Positions 38,445 to 47,884 of a DNA stretch of 64,000 nucleotides are shown here, in pieces. Each line of letters begins with the position of its first letter. Positions within the stretch are counted from its first letter, which is position 1. The translations under genes and the position numbers were made by a program. The notes beneath the pieces are model-generated. The model was not told the DNA's origin and ran no database searches. It saw only the letters and a list, made by a program, of their open reading frames with translations. This DNA is from a virus (lineage: Duplodnaviria > Caudoviricetes): positions 768-64,767 of IMG/VR virus record IMGVR_UViG_3300029911_000026, one strand, 5' to 3'.

Positions 38445-39586
38445 GCCGCAACCTCCTGTCGAACCGGCATCTCCTGGTGGACCTTGCCGTCGAGGAGATG
38501 GCCGGCGCGAAGCTTGCCGATGCGCGCGAACTGTTCCGTTGGCTCATCCGAGCAGAGTTCCATGAGACTTTCCGAGCCAGGGTAATTGCCTTGCTCGTGC
38601 GGCCACCAGTCTCCCCATTGCTTGAAGAAAAATGGGACCTTCGCAGCCTTGCAGTCGTCGCGGATGACGCGCGCCCAAGTTGGGTCCATCGGGGTAGGAA
38701 CATCCTTAGTTTTGCTGGATTCACCGCCAACGATCACCCAATCCAACTTACCCAGGAGTGGGACTTCTCCATCGGGAGCTGTGCTGAGGGAGCCGTTCTC
38801 ATCGTCGAAGGCTTCGCCGGTGAGCGCGTTGATGCAGAATCCGCTCTGGGTGGGAAAGTCCGGGTCGGAGCGGTCGATTTCGCCGTCGTTGTATTCCAGC
38901 CGTTCGAGGTCAAGTGGTCCGAGCAGCGGTTCCGCGCTGATCATGCGGTAAGCAGCGGGAGTCTGGAGCAGGTAGAGGATGCGCTCTGCGGCCGTCTCCT
39001 TGTTCTCGGTGGATACGCCCCACACAACGTTCGGCAGTGGGAAGTGGAATGTCGTCCGAACCTTCCATCCGTCCGGGCCGAGCGTGCCGGCGATTGGGCG
39101 GTCGTCGAAGAAGTTCAGGTATGCCCGAGGGTGTGCGGACAACCAATCCTTGGTGATGTCGATCGCGGCGAGATGGATGCCGATAGGGTGACTGGCAAGG
39201 TAGCGGTGCATGTCCTTCGCACGCTTTGTCAGCACGATGAATGTATGGTGAGGGCATAGCGCCATGACCGCGCAGATGCGGTCGCGTGCCACGTCGCCAA
39301 GGTTCTCATGGAACAGGTCGCTCATCGCGTTGACGAAGTAGGTTCTGGGCTCGCTGACGGTTAGCGGTTCCAGCAGCGTCTTTTCGTCGATGTTGACTTT
39401 GCCAGTCCATACGACGTGCGAGCCCTGGAGGATGGTGATGCCCTGATATTTCTTCTGCCCCATCGCCGCCAATCGGTGGCTCATCCCGCGGGCATAGCAG
39501 ATGCGACAGCCAGGGCTCACGTTCGAGCATCCGGCTATTACGTTCCACGTGTCTTGCGCCCATTGGATCTTCGTGTTTCGACTCAT
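38441..39586 (-). CDS. Gp37/Gp68 (DUF5131) family protein
   Basis: TKIQW...TWN...GC..VSPGC..CYA, FVNAMSDLFHE, LTKR, SAEPLLG, DWVIVGGES, PFFFKQWG. Confidence 0.9.
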   Translation of the reverse strand: MSRNTKIQWAQDTWNVIAGCSNVSPGCRICYARGMSHRLAAMGQKKYQGITILQGSHVVWTGKVNIDEKTLLEPLTVSEPRTYFVNAMSDLFHENLGDVARDRICAVMALCPHHTFIVLTKRAKDMHRYLASHPIGIHLAAIDITKDWLSAHPRAYLNFFDDRPIAGTLGPDGWKVRTTFHFPLPNVVWGVSTENKETAAERILYLLQTPAAYRMISAEPLLGPLDLERLEYNDGEIDRSDPDFPTQSGFCINALTGEAFDDENGSLSTAPDGEVPLLGKLDWVIVGGESSKTKDVPTPMDPTWARVIRDDCKAAKVPFFFKQWGDWWPHEQGNYPGSESLMELCSDEPTEQFARIGKLRAGHLLDGKVHQEMPVRQEVAA

Positions 39587-40373
39587 TCGAGTGCCAACTT
39601 TCCGGATTCCGGAATCTTTCTCCGGTTCGTTCCGCGCGCCTTGAGCGCCTTGCGGTGATGGGAGCAGAGTGCCAGGGACGTTCCCCGGAAGTCTACGATC
39701 TTGGCCTTGCCGATGCCGCATGGCTCATGCCGGTGGGCCGGTGGTCGCTTGCGCCGCATGGTGGAAAGGCGATGCGTGATGAGCCATTTGCAGACCACGC
39801 ATCGCCTCCGGATTAGCTCTGGTGCGGTTCGCCATTCGCCGGTTCGCGGATGACCCGCGCAACAGTGATGTCGCTATCCATCTCATGAACATCGACGACG
39901 GAATCGACATCGACGTTGAACACCCTCGCGAGTGCCGCCTTCTTGTCGTTCGGCGAGAGGTCGTCGTCGTGTTCGATCTCGCGACGTTTCGCTTCCATGT
40001 CGCGGTTGACCTTGGAGATGGCCGTCACCAGCGCACCCGAGACGTTCCGTGCACACACGTTGACCGGCGTCAAGTTTTGAATCCGATCCCCGTCCATCAG
40101 GGGGTAGCGGAACTTCACCGACCATAGCCGCACATTGCCGAGCGGGATAGCCAGGCCGAGTGCGACCTTGCCGGCCTCCTGCATCTTTTCTGCGGCACCC
40201 TCCATTGCGTGAGCGCCAGCGTGGAGCTTGGCGACCTGAGCGTCGAACTCCGAGGTATCGAAGTGAACCCCAACCTTGATAACGTCTACCCTTTCCTTCT
40301 TGCCCTTCTTCTTCATCTGTCCTGCCTCCTTCGCCCTGCGTAGCAGGGGAACTTTGCCCACCGCGCAATGCGG

Positions 40374-40955
40374 TCAGGTAATCTTTGCGTTGAACGCCCG
40401 TTGCCTAGCGTCACTGAGCTCTTGAAACTCCGCCTGGGAGCCGCCCCTCATGTCTGGGTGCCGGGTCCGTGCGAGCCTCTTGAACTGTGCCTCAATCTGA
40501 GGGATGGTGGCCGTAGCTTCGTCGAGGTCGAGAACCTCACCCCACGGGCGTTGCGTGCCAGTGCCGAGCGCCTTGAATCCAGAGAAGGCGCGCTCCATCA
40601 TGTCCGAGGCTCCCCAACGCTCGATGCCGCGAAGGCTATCGATGGTCTTACCGATGGCGGTCAGGTTCTCCCGGATGGTGTCGAAGCGGTCACAGGCGAA
40701 TACAACCTGCTTACCGTTGCGGGTGAAATAGACGGCGACGCCAGCGTCCAGAGGGTCGCGGTCCATGCGCATCTTACCGTCTGCGCGGAGCGGAGCGTTG
40801 CTGGAGATGACGATGGCTGTGCCATCCATGCGCTGGACTTCGGCCTCCACCAGCCGGTGAGCCTTGTCGGTTCCGATCTTGAAGCGGGAGGCGCTCGGGT
40901 ACTTAGTGCGCTCCCAGCCAGACGGCCATTGCAGCGGAAAGGCGGCGACATTCAT
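40374..40955 (-). CDS. Phage J-domain protein
   Basis: FPLQWP.GW.RT N-domain; C-terminal HPD motif. Confidence 0.85.
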   Translation of the reverse strand: MNVAAFPLQWPSGWERTKYPSASRFKIGTDKAHRLVEAEVQRMDGTAIVISSNAPLRADGKMRMDRDPLDAGVAVYFTRNGKQVVFACDRFDTIRENLTAIGKTIDSLRGIERWGASDMMERAFSGFKALGTGTQRPWGEVLDLDEATATIPQIEAQFKRLARTRHPDMRGGSQAEFQELSDARQRAFNAKIT

Positions 40956-41363
40956 CGGCTGACCTCTGAGAACTCCACCGGGAGCCGGAGGCGTGAGCCG
41001 CGGATGGTCACGTCGGCGTACCATTCGTTCGGTGCGGGGTGCGTACCTGGTTCAATGGTCTTTTCCAGAGCGCAGCGGGTGTGCGGGACGACGGATGAGT
41101 TGCGGGTGTCGATGACGACGGTCTGGGAGCCGGTGTCCCAATCGTTCGCGCGCGTAGGGGTGATGACCACCTTCAAATCAGGCAGCTTGGTCGAGCGCAC
41201 GGTTCTGAGCTTAGTCGTCATAGGATTCCGGATTCCGGAAAGAATGGCCGGGCACGATACGCCCGTAACGTCCCGGCCTCGGGTAAGGTGGCAGCTTGGA
41301 CGAGGAGCCCGCTGTCTCCCGGAGACGCCCATGAGCGCGTCCTCGCTGGGTGCTCCACCAAAG

Positions 41364-41861
41364 TTAGTCGATCTTCTCGCCCGCTCCCATGTTGAACTCG
41401 GGCTGGATCTCCTGCATCCGCAGGTAGAACGTCTCGGTATTGTTCTTCGTGGCCCAGCAGACCAAGGGGATGAGCAGCTTGTCGTCCGGCTTGATCGTGG
41501 TCGAGAAGGTGAGGTAGCGGGTCGTGGGCGAGCCGTCTGCCGGGGTGGGACGGAATACCTGGAGGTTCTGGAGATGGCACTGACCGAGGGCGATGACCGC
41601 CACCTTGCTGTCACTCTTCTCGAAGACGTCGAGCCATTGATCAAAGCTGAGGTCGATCGTGGCTTCGGTAATGCCGTTCGCCAGGACTCCGAGCGTATCG
41701 GCTGCGGCGAGGATGGTCGGAGGGGCAACTTCCAGCACTTCATCTGTCAGGGGAACCTCGAAGTCGAGGCGCACGCGCTTTTCCTTCTGGCTATTGCAGA
41801 GCGGGACCCACTTGGCCAGGGTTACCGCGATGGCGTTGTCGGTTGTGTCGATGAACTTCAT
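41364..41861 (-). CDS. Hypothetical protein
   Basis: AAGGAG RBS; promoter TTGACG-N17-TATGGT at 41891-41919. Confidence 0.55.
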   Translation of the reverse strand: MKFIDTTDNAIAVTLAKWVPLCNSQKEKRVRLDFEVPLTDEVLEVAPPTILAAADTLGVLANGITEATIDLSFDQWLDVFEKSDSKVAVIALGQCHLQNLQVFRPTPADGSPTTRYLTFSTTIKPDDKLLIPLVCWATKNNTETFYLRMQEIQPEFNMGAGEKID

Positions 41862-41934
41862 GGGGTGAGTCTCCTTATGTTCGTACCAAGACCATAGCAG
41901 CATATTGTTAGTACGTCAATGTGGACATTTGGGC

Positions 41935-42207
41935 GTGGTTGTGGATTTCCAGTGGAAGGGGAGGCAAGAGGCGCAAGTCCTCTGTAATCGAACGGATTCG
42001 CCCGGAAAACATGCCGTAGGATGCCCGTGGTGCGGCTAACGCAAGTGGACCTGTGGGGTAGGTATCTTCCAGACGAGAACGCCGCCGGAGACAGTCTCCG
42101 ACGGCGGCCTGAATCTCGTCAGGCTCATGCCAGGGTGTGTGCTGGCGCTCTATGAAGTCTGCGGCACTTCGCCTTTGGCTTTCGCCTACTGCCGCAGTCA
42201 GGCATCT
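41935..42207 (-). ncRNA. Putative structured ncRNA downstream of tRNA-like gene
   Basis: Series of GC-rich hairpins, one GAAA-capped; no convincing ORF. Confidence 0.45.
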
Positions 42208-42301
42208 TGGAGCGGGGTTCCGGGTTCGAACCGGCGGCCTCCGGGCTGGAGCCAACCTTGCGGCTGACCTGACCGACGCTCTACCACTGAGCTACCCCCG
42301 C
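42208..42301 (-). tRNA. tRNA-Gly(UCC)-like RNA with about 19-nt hairpin inserted in anticodon loop
   Basis: GCGGGGGTAGCTCAGTGGTAGAGC 5' end, GGTTCGAACCC T arm, U73-CCA; 94 nt. Confidence 0.7.
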
Positions 42302-42368
42302 GGTAGCGTGGCGGCAACGTTCTGGGCCCAGCCACCACGACTCGTCAACAGTAGCAGGGTCGGGCTGC

Positions 42369-43280
42369 TCAGTCAATGGCATCCTTGGCGAGTAGTTCCA
42401 GCGCCTTCAAGGGGTTTGGGGCCTTGCCGGAATCGACCAGCCTGGAGAGCGCTGCGGTAAGCAGCTTGGCGGTTGCGGCTGGGATGCGGTCGGCGCCGAA
42501 CACGGCTGCGAGCGGGAAGTATTCGCGGTCGCGGCGGGCGGGCAGATACTCCTGCAGGTCGTCCAGATGCCGGCTGAACACGTCGAGCAGGACCATCAGG
42601 GAGGTAGCAGCGTTGCTGACGCCCTTGGATCCTCCAGCCGCGGCCATCAGGTCGAGCCATGAGTCGTATTCGGCGTGGCGCAGCAGCCAGGTCCGGTCGC
42701 CGCTTACCTGCTTCAAGAGACCTTCGATGATCGTCTGCGCGCGTTCGAGCTCGTCCGGCAGGAAATACATCGTCAGGGTCTTGGCCTCGAGCGCTGCCTC
42801 GGAGAAGGCGATCGGGGACACCTTCTCCAGCAGTTCGAGCGTGCGGTCGTCGAGGCCGCAGTAGACTTTCAGATCCACGGTTCCAACCTGCTCGTAGAGC
42901 TTGCGGAGCGTTGCCGGGTCGTCCTGGCCGGTGATGGCGTTGTGGGAGAGCTGAATAGCTATCTTCTGCTCCTCGGTGAGCGGGTCGTGCGTGACCATGA
43001 CCCAGATCTCGTCGAGGCCGGCGGCAATCGCGGCTTTCGTGCGATGGTTCCCGGAGAGGACTTCGTAGACCCATTCGCCAGCTTCCTTGACGCCGAAGGC
43101 GAAGGGAACGGAGCTGAGGCATCCGTCGCGGCGCACGTTGGCGACCAGGAGCTGGAACTGCTCGTGCGTCATGTAGCGCGCGTTCAGCTCGCGGAGGCGG
43201 AGCTTACGCGGGTCGATTTGGACCAGCTTCGTGCTTACTGTTCCGCTCGCTTGCCCTTTGTCGAGAATCGCTTCTTCCAT
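42369..43280 (-). CDS. ParB/Srx-like N-terminal domain protein
   Basis: NARYM....F..LV.N...DG, VLSGNHR..AA, QLSHNAI.GQDD. Confidence 0.8.
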   Translation of the reverse strand: MEEAILDKGQASGTVSTKLVQIDPRKLRLRELNARYMTHEQFQLLVANVRRDGCLSSVPFAFGVKEAGEWVYEVLSGNHRTKAAIAAGLDEIWVMVTHDPLTEEQKIAIQLSHNAITGQDDPATLRKLYEQVGTVDLKVYCGLDDRTLELLEKVSPIAFSEAALEAKTLTMYFLPDELERAQTIIEGLLKQVSGDRTWLLRHAEYDSWLDLMAAAGGSKGVSNAATSLMVLLDVFSRHLDDLQEYLPARRDREYFPLAAVFGADRIPAATAKLLTAALSRLVDSGKAPNPLKALELLAKDAID

Positions 43281-43745
43281 TCCGCAAGCCCCTCCTGGAG
43301 CGTCCATCGTCCATAGTCGGCGAGATAGTTCAGCATGAATCCGCCGGCCGCGTAGCCATTCATCGGGTCGTCGGCATCGATGTTCTGACGGCTGGTGAGC
43401 CGGAACAGGCCGCGGTACTTCATCGACACCGGGCGCTTCGAGAAGGCGGTCGTCGCAACTGCGCTGACGCGGCGCTTGAGCATCTCTTCGGCAATTCCCT
43501 GCCCTTCGCGGGAGAGCGCGGCGTAGAGTACCAGCTTCGCGAGCTTGTCATAGCTGGCCGGTGCAACCGGGAAGTCGGAGAGTAGGTAGACGTAGGAGAC
43601 GCCGTTATCGACTTGGATTGTGGAGGAGGTCGCGTTCGATCGTGAAGTTGCCGGAGCAAGCCACGCGGATGTCGTCGGTCTGCCACTTCTCTACGACTTC
43701 ATGGATGATAGAGAGGACGGAGCTGGGGAGGGAGCCGCGGAACAT
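43235..43745 (-). pseudogene. Internally deleted DNA-modification gene (putative antirestriction adenine methyltransferase type)
   Basis: MFRGSLP...CSGNFTIER N-terminus joined out of frame to YLLSDFPVAP...TTAFSKRPVSMKYRG C-terminus. Confidence 0.65.
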
Positions 43746-43938
43746 GGGGGGAGTTTACCACCATAAGCTGTCCAGAGTAGCGGCATATATCTCACCGCCC
43801 CTGTGAACGTGAAGAACGGTAGCGCCATGATGACTTCGCCTGTAGTAGCTCCAGTGGGAACGAAAATCCATAGCTCCCAAGGCTCGTGATTGGGGCCGGA
43901 CTTCCTGATTCTCATTCTCATTCCGGATTCCGGAAAGT

Positions 43939-44313
43939 TCATAGCAACCTCTGTTGTCTGGGCTCGGCTTTGGCCGCTGGGAGCAGCTCGCGCACCGGGA
44001 CGCCAAGCTGCTTCTCGAACCATGCCGCCGCCAGGTGCCGGTGGCAGAACTCGCCTGGACCTTCCCAGCAGAGCAGGATGGCCTTCTCTCCGAGTTCCTT
44101 GGCGATCTTCTTGGCGTCGAGGCCGGCGAGCTGCTTCGTGTAGATTTCAGTGAACTCGGCCTCGGTCATCTCGCCAGCGCGGATGCGCTTGACTGCCCAC
44201 ATGGGCGGAGCGAGAGCGCGGCACTTCCGGATAGGGTCGTAGCCCCTGGTGCCGTTGGAGATGGCGACCGCATCGGGGTGACGGCCAGACGTTTTGAAGT
44301 TCGATGTAAACAT
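43939..44313 (-). CDS. DUF488-family protein
   Basis: AVAIS, LAP.W-like, AILLCWEGPGEFCHRHL; leaderless promoter TTGACG-N18-TAGTAT at 44320-44349. Confidence 0.75.
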   Translation of the reverse strand: MFTSNFKTSGRHPDAVAISNGTRGYDPIRKCRALAPPMWAVKRIRAGEMTEAEFTEIYTKQLAGLDAKKIAKELGEKAILLCWEGPGEFCHRHLAAAWFEKQLGVPVRELLPAAKAEPRQQRLL

Positions 44314-44658
44314 ATCTCTATACTATCAGACTGTTAGCGCTTTCGTCAAGCTTCAAACGTCTCGAATCCGGCCAGTTCCATACCCGCGCAATCCCAATAG
44401 CCTTCGTCTGCGGCGCAACCGAAGCAGACCCAACCGGCGGGACCGACCCAGATAGACTCTCCCTTGGTAACCGGGCGCGAGCAGGTTGGGCAGTCGCCGA
44501 AGGCTTCGACCGGAGGCGGTGGAGGGGGAGGCGGGAGGTTCGCTGGGTTCTGCGTGCATTTGGCCAGGTGCTTCTCTATGCCAGCGATTGTCTTCCATTT
44601 CGGCTGGGGCCAATCTGGGTCGCCGCAAACGTAGGGGCATCGGTAGAAGCCGCGGCGA

Positions 44659-45204
44659 TCAGGTTCCATGTCGGGCCTTCGAGTGACGCTTCCACATCAT
44701 CTTGGCACCCTCGCCGCCGGTGGCCAGACGGGTGAGGATGTCGCTCACGTCGCGCGGGTCGAGGCCCATCGGTCGTCCCATGCTTTGGCCGGTGGTGAGG
44801 AAGTCGATCAGGGCGCGGAAGCCTTCGGCGGAGCATTTTCCCTTGCGGTTATTGCAGTCGGCGCAAGCTGGGCATAGGTTCTCCAGGCCGAGCGAGCCGA
44901 GCCAGGGAGCCGCCGCCGGGATCTTGTGGTCGAGCCGGATGGTCTTGACGTTCAGGAACGTGTTGCAGTAGGAGCACTGCACGACGTTGTCCCAGGAGCC
45001 CTTGAATACTTCGGGGCCGAGCAGCCATTGGCGGAACTCGTAGAGGGTGAAGGGAAGCTCGCGGCCGGGGGAGATGACGACATTGTTCTCGTTCCGCTTC
45101 GGGCCGAAGCGCTGGGCCATCGAGTTGTAGCGGTCGCGGGAGACTTGCTCGAACAGCTCCTGTAGTCCGACCTTGGGGATGCGCGTGGCGGGGCGTCTAC
45201 CCAT
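44659..45204 (-). CDS. HNH endonuclease
   Basis: CSYC...LDHKIP...NL..AC..CN..KG. Confidence 0.85.
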   Translation of the reverse strand: MGRRPATRIPKVGLQELFEQVSRDRYNSMAQRFGPKRNENNVVISPGRELPFTLYEFRQWLLGPEVFKGSWDNVVQCSYCNTFLNVKTIRLDHKIPAAAPWLGSLGLENLCPACADCNNRKGKCSAEGFRALIDFLTTGQSMGRPMGLDPRDVSDILTRLATGGEGAKMMWKRHSKARHGT

Positions 45205-45955
45205 GGAGTGCATCCTTCGATTCGAGTGCATCCTTCGATTCGTTGGCGAGTTTCTGGATAAGATTTACAGAGCGCAGCCTTTCCAGCTCTTCGGCCACGC
45301 GCTTTGCCGTATTGATTGCGCCGTCCAGATTGAGCCAACGAGTGCTCCGCACGACATGAACAGCCTCGCCAAGTTCCTTGCCGTCGCAATACTGGTTTAT
45401 TTTGATACCACTGGCGAGTTCGAAAGCGGCGACCTCCTCACTGAGTTCCTTCAATTTCTTGGCGGCTCTAGAGTTCTCGTGTCCAGTTTGCTCGCCTTCG
45501 GCCCTCGCCCTGTCCAACGCAGCTTTGTCGCTTACTAAAACGTTGCGAAGAATCGACGCGACCAGTTCCGGCGTGAAGGGTTGGGGAGCGAGCTTGGGCG
45601 CTTCCTTGACGATCGCCATACGACCGCCCTTCGCAGCCATCAATCCCCAGGTTTCGGGTAGTTCTCCCGGCTGGACAATCTTCTCGTCGCTGACGGCGAG
45701 ATACCAGCCGTTGCAATACTTCATAAGCGCATCAGCCTTTGCTGGCTTCCGCAGCTCATTGAGCCAATCAGAACGGCTTATCTTGACCTCGAAACCGAGC
45801 AGGTTGTAGCCGCGAGATGGCCATACACCCATGACTAGAGCATCGGCCCAACGGTAGTGGCGAGCGCCCGTACCATCGGCGACCTGCTCAAGCAATGCAA
45901 AGGCTGGAAGCGGATACTTCGCTCTAAGCAAATCAATTACATCATCCGCTTTCAT
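45197..45955 (-). CDS. MmcB-like PD-(D/E)XK protein
   Basis: ADAL...WPSRG...GFEVKISRSDWLNEL..P.K, ELPETWGLM. Confidence 0.75.
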   Translation of the reverse strand: MKADDVIDLLRAKYPLPAFALLEQVADGTGARHYRWADALVMGVWPSRGYNLLGFEVKISRSDWLNELRKPAKADALMKYCNGWYLAVSDEKIVQPGELPETWGLMAAKGGRMAIVKEAPKLAPQPFTPELVASILRNVLVSDKAALDRARAEGEQTGHENSRAAKKLKELSEEVAAFELASGIKINQYCDGKELGEAVHVVRSTRWLNLDGAINTAKRVAEELERLRSVNLIQKLANESKDALESKDALHG

Positions 45956-46749
45956 ACCAGCTTCAATCCTTCCGGCTCCTCGATCAGGTTGGTGCGGCGG
46001 CGGCGCATGTAGACCGCGCGGTCGGCAGCGCCAGCGGCGATCTGGGAAATCGAGTCCAGGACCCTCGGCAGCTCATCCATCGGGACACCAGCGCAGGTCG
46101 CGGCCAAAGTGACCGAGATACCGCCGTTGACGTCATCCCAAACCTTCTGCTCCTCCGGCTTGTCGATCGTGATCTTCATCTTGTGACTTCTCCTTTTTCC
46201 GGATTCCGGAATCGATGTGGACTTGCTTGAGCGGTAGTTCCTGAAAGGCGCGGCAGATCTCGGCCTCTTCGACCGTTAGGGGCCGAGTCGCTTTCAGGTA
46301 GACCTTCCGCGACCTGTATCCGGCTCCACAATGGCTGCACTTGCGGTTCCGCAGCTCCTCGCGCTTCATGCGGCGCTTGTCGGACTGGCACTCCGGGGAG
46401 CAGGTATCGGCTGGAGGGTTGCGCCGGATGCGCGCTGGGGGGATATCACCCAGGCAGAGGCCGTTTGCGACGCGCTCTGCGGTGGACATGACGCAGCGTT
46501 GGATTACGTCGCCGCCAGCCTTGATGCGTGCAATCTCGTTCTTCTGCCACCAGTCGCGGGTGAGAAGAAGTGGGGGAAGGACTGAGCCGGTCTCCGCCCA
46601 GCCGTCACAAGCCGCCTCGCCGAAGGCGCGTTCATGTTCTCCGTAATGTCGTTTGCACGTTCCCAGCGGTCTGACAAGGCACGCGGCGCATAATGGGCAT
46701 CGTTCGGCCTTCTCGTTGTCGTACGCGCCATGAATCGAGCAGTAAACGA

Positions 46750-47376
46750 TCATGAGCGCTCCTTCGTCCAACGATCTTCGAGCCCGCCGACGTGCTGATC
46801 GACGTAGCGGTTCATATAGTCAGCGACGCGCTCGTGCCAGATCCGAGGGTCGTCGGTGTGCTGGTCGGCATGGTCCTGCTCGCTCATGTATCCGGCCAGC
46901 TCGCCCGTAGCTTGGACCATCGGCAGGTAGAGCCAGGCCGGGGTGAGCGCGAAAGCCAGCTTGTCGGCAAAGCAGAGCTTCGATGGCTTCTCCCCGTAGC
47001 GCTTCGCGAGGTAGCGGGAGTGGCAGAGGCAGAAGTCTCGCCAGGTCGTATCATCCTTGCGGTCGAACAGATGGTGCATGATCTGTGCGCCGAGCCAGGG
47101 GTGGAGTTCGCCGCGTTCATCGTCCATTGCTTCCTTGCCCCAATATCCCCAATCGTGGACGATGAAGGCGATCCAGAGGCGAGGGTCGAAAGGAAAGCCA
47201 TAGAGCTTGCACCATCCCGCCGCCACAAACCACGGGTGCAGGAAGAAACAATGCGCGCCCAGCAGGACCGAGCGGGTGCCGAGGGGAATATTCTCCCAGA
47301 CCGTACGTCGATACCAGCCCACAAGCGCTCCTATGCCCATAGCGAGCAGGGTGTCCCAATGCTTCCAGTGAATCAT
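46750..47376 (-). CDS. HD-domain-like protein
   Basis: H...HP, VHDWGY, HS, ADKL. Confidence 0.55.
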   Translation of the reverse strand: MIHWKHWDTLLAMGIGALVGWYRRTVWENIPLGTRSVLLGAHCFFLHPWFVAAGWCKLYGFPFDPRLWIAFIVHDWGYWGKEAMDDERGELHPWLGAQIMHHLFDRKDDTTWRDFCLCHSRYLAKRYGEKPSKLCFADKLAFALTPAWLYLPMVQATGELAGYMSEQDHADQHTDDPRIWHERVADYMNRYVDQHVGGLEDRWTKERS

Positions 47377-47581
47377 GCGGATGCTCCTGTGGGTAGCTGG
47401 TGGCAGAAACAGCGGCAGTTTTGAATCGGACATCCTTCGCCTAAAAGGGTTGCATCGCAGCACAGTTGGATGGTGTGGCGTTCGCGGTCGGCCTTTGCTT
47501 TGGCGAACGTTTCGAGAACGCTTTTGGGCCATTCTGAACGCGGAATGTGAACTATATCAATCTCGACCGAATGGGTATCGC

Positions 47582-47884
47582 TCATCGTTGCTTCCTCGGA
47601 ACTGACTTTGGCCGGTGCTCGTAAACCTGATGGCAGATCGGATGCTTCGGCACCACGTTCTCCGGTTTGTCCCCGAAATTGCGCTTGCCGCGGATGTGGG
47701 CCATCTCCCAAGCCAGCGGGTTGCAAGGCTGGCCGCATCCAAGCGGCTTGCCGTGCCGGTCTGTCTTGCCGCCTCCACAGATGCCCTTGTGGTAATCGAA
47801 GCAAGCATCCCGGAGGGCTGTCAGGTCATCGCCTTTCAGCCGACCGGGCCTGGGCTTGCTTCGTGGCCGGATGCGCGTTCTCAC
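47582..47884 (-). CDS. Small HNH-like protein
   Basis: EMAHIRGKR..GD...NV...H..CH..YEH. Confidence 0.55.
   Translation of the reverse strand: MRTRIRPRSKPRPGRLKGDDLTALRDACFDYHKGICGGGKTDRHGKPLGCGQPCNPLAWEMAHIRGKRNFGDKPENVVPKHPICHQVYEHRPKSVPRKQR

Noticed and set aside
40368-41897. 509-aa plus-strand ORF and other long plus-strand ORFs
   Set aside because: Antisense shadows of recognisable minus-strand genes in GC-rich DNA
42110-42190. Hammerhead or HDV-like (theta) ribozyme from CTGACGA and GAAA/GGCGAA segments
   Set aside because: Stem II of a hammerhead and P3/L3 of an HDV fold could not be formed by eye
42369-43280. ParABS plasmid-prophage partition system
   Set aside because: No ParA in window and this ParB-like gene sits in a DNA-modification context; kept only as one candidate palindrome binder
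45206-45241. 18-bp tandem duplication (ESKDAL x2), also GTTCAC x3 near 26538
   Set aside because: Short in-frame slippage duplications at gene ends; no sign of function
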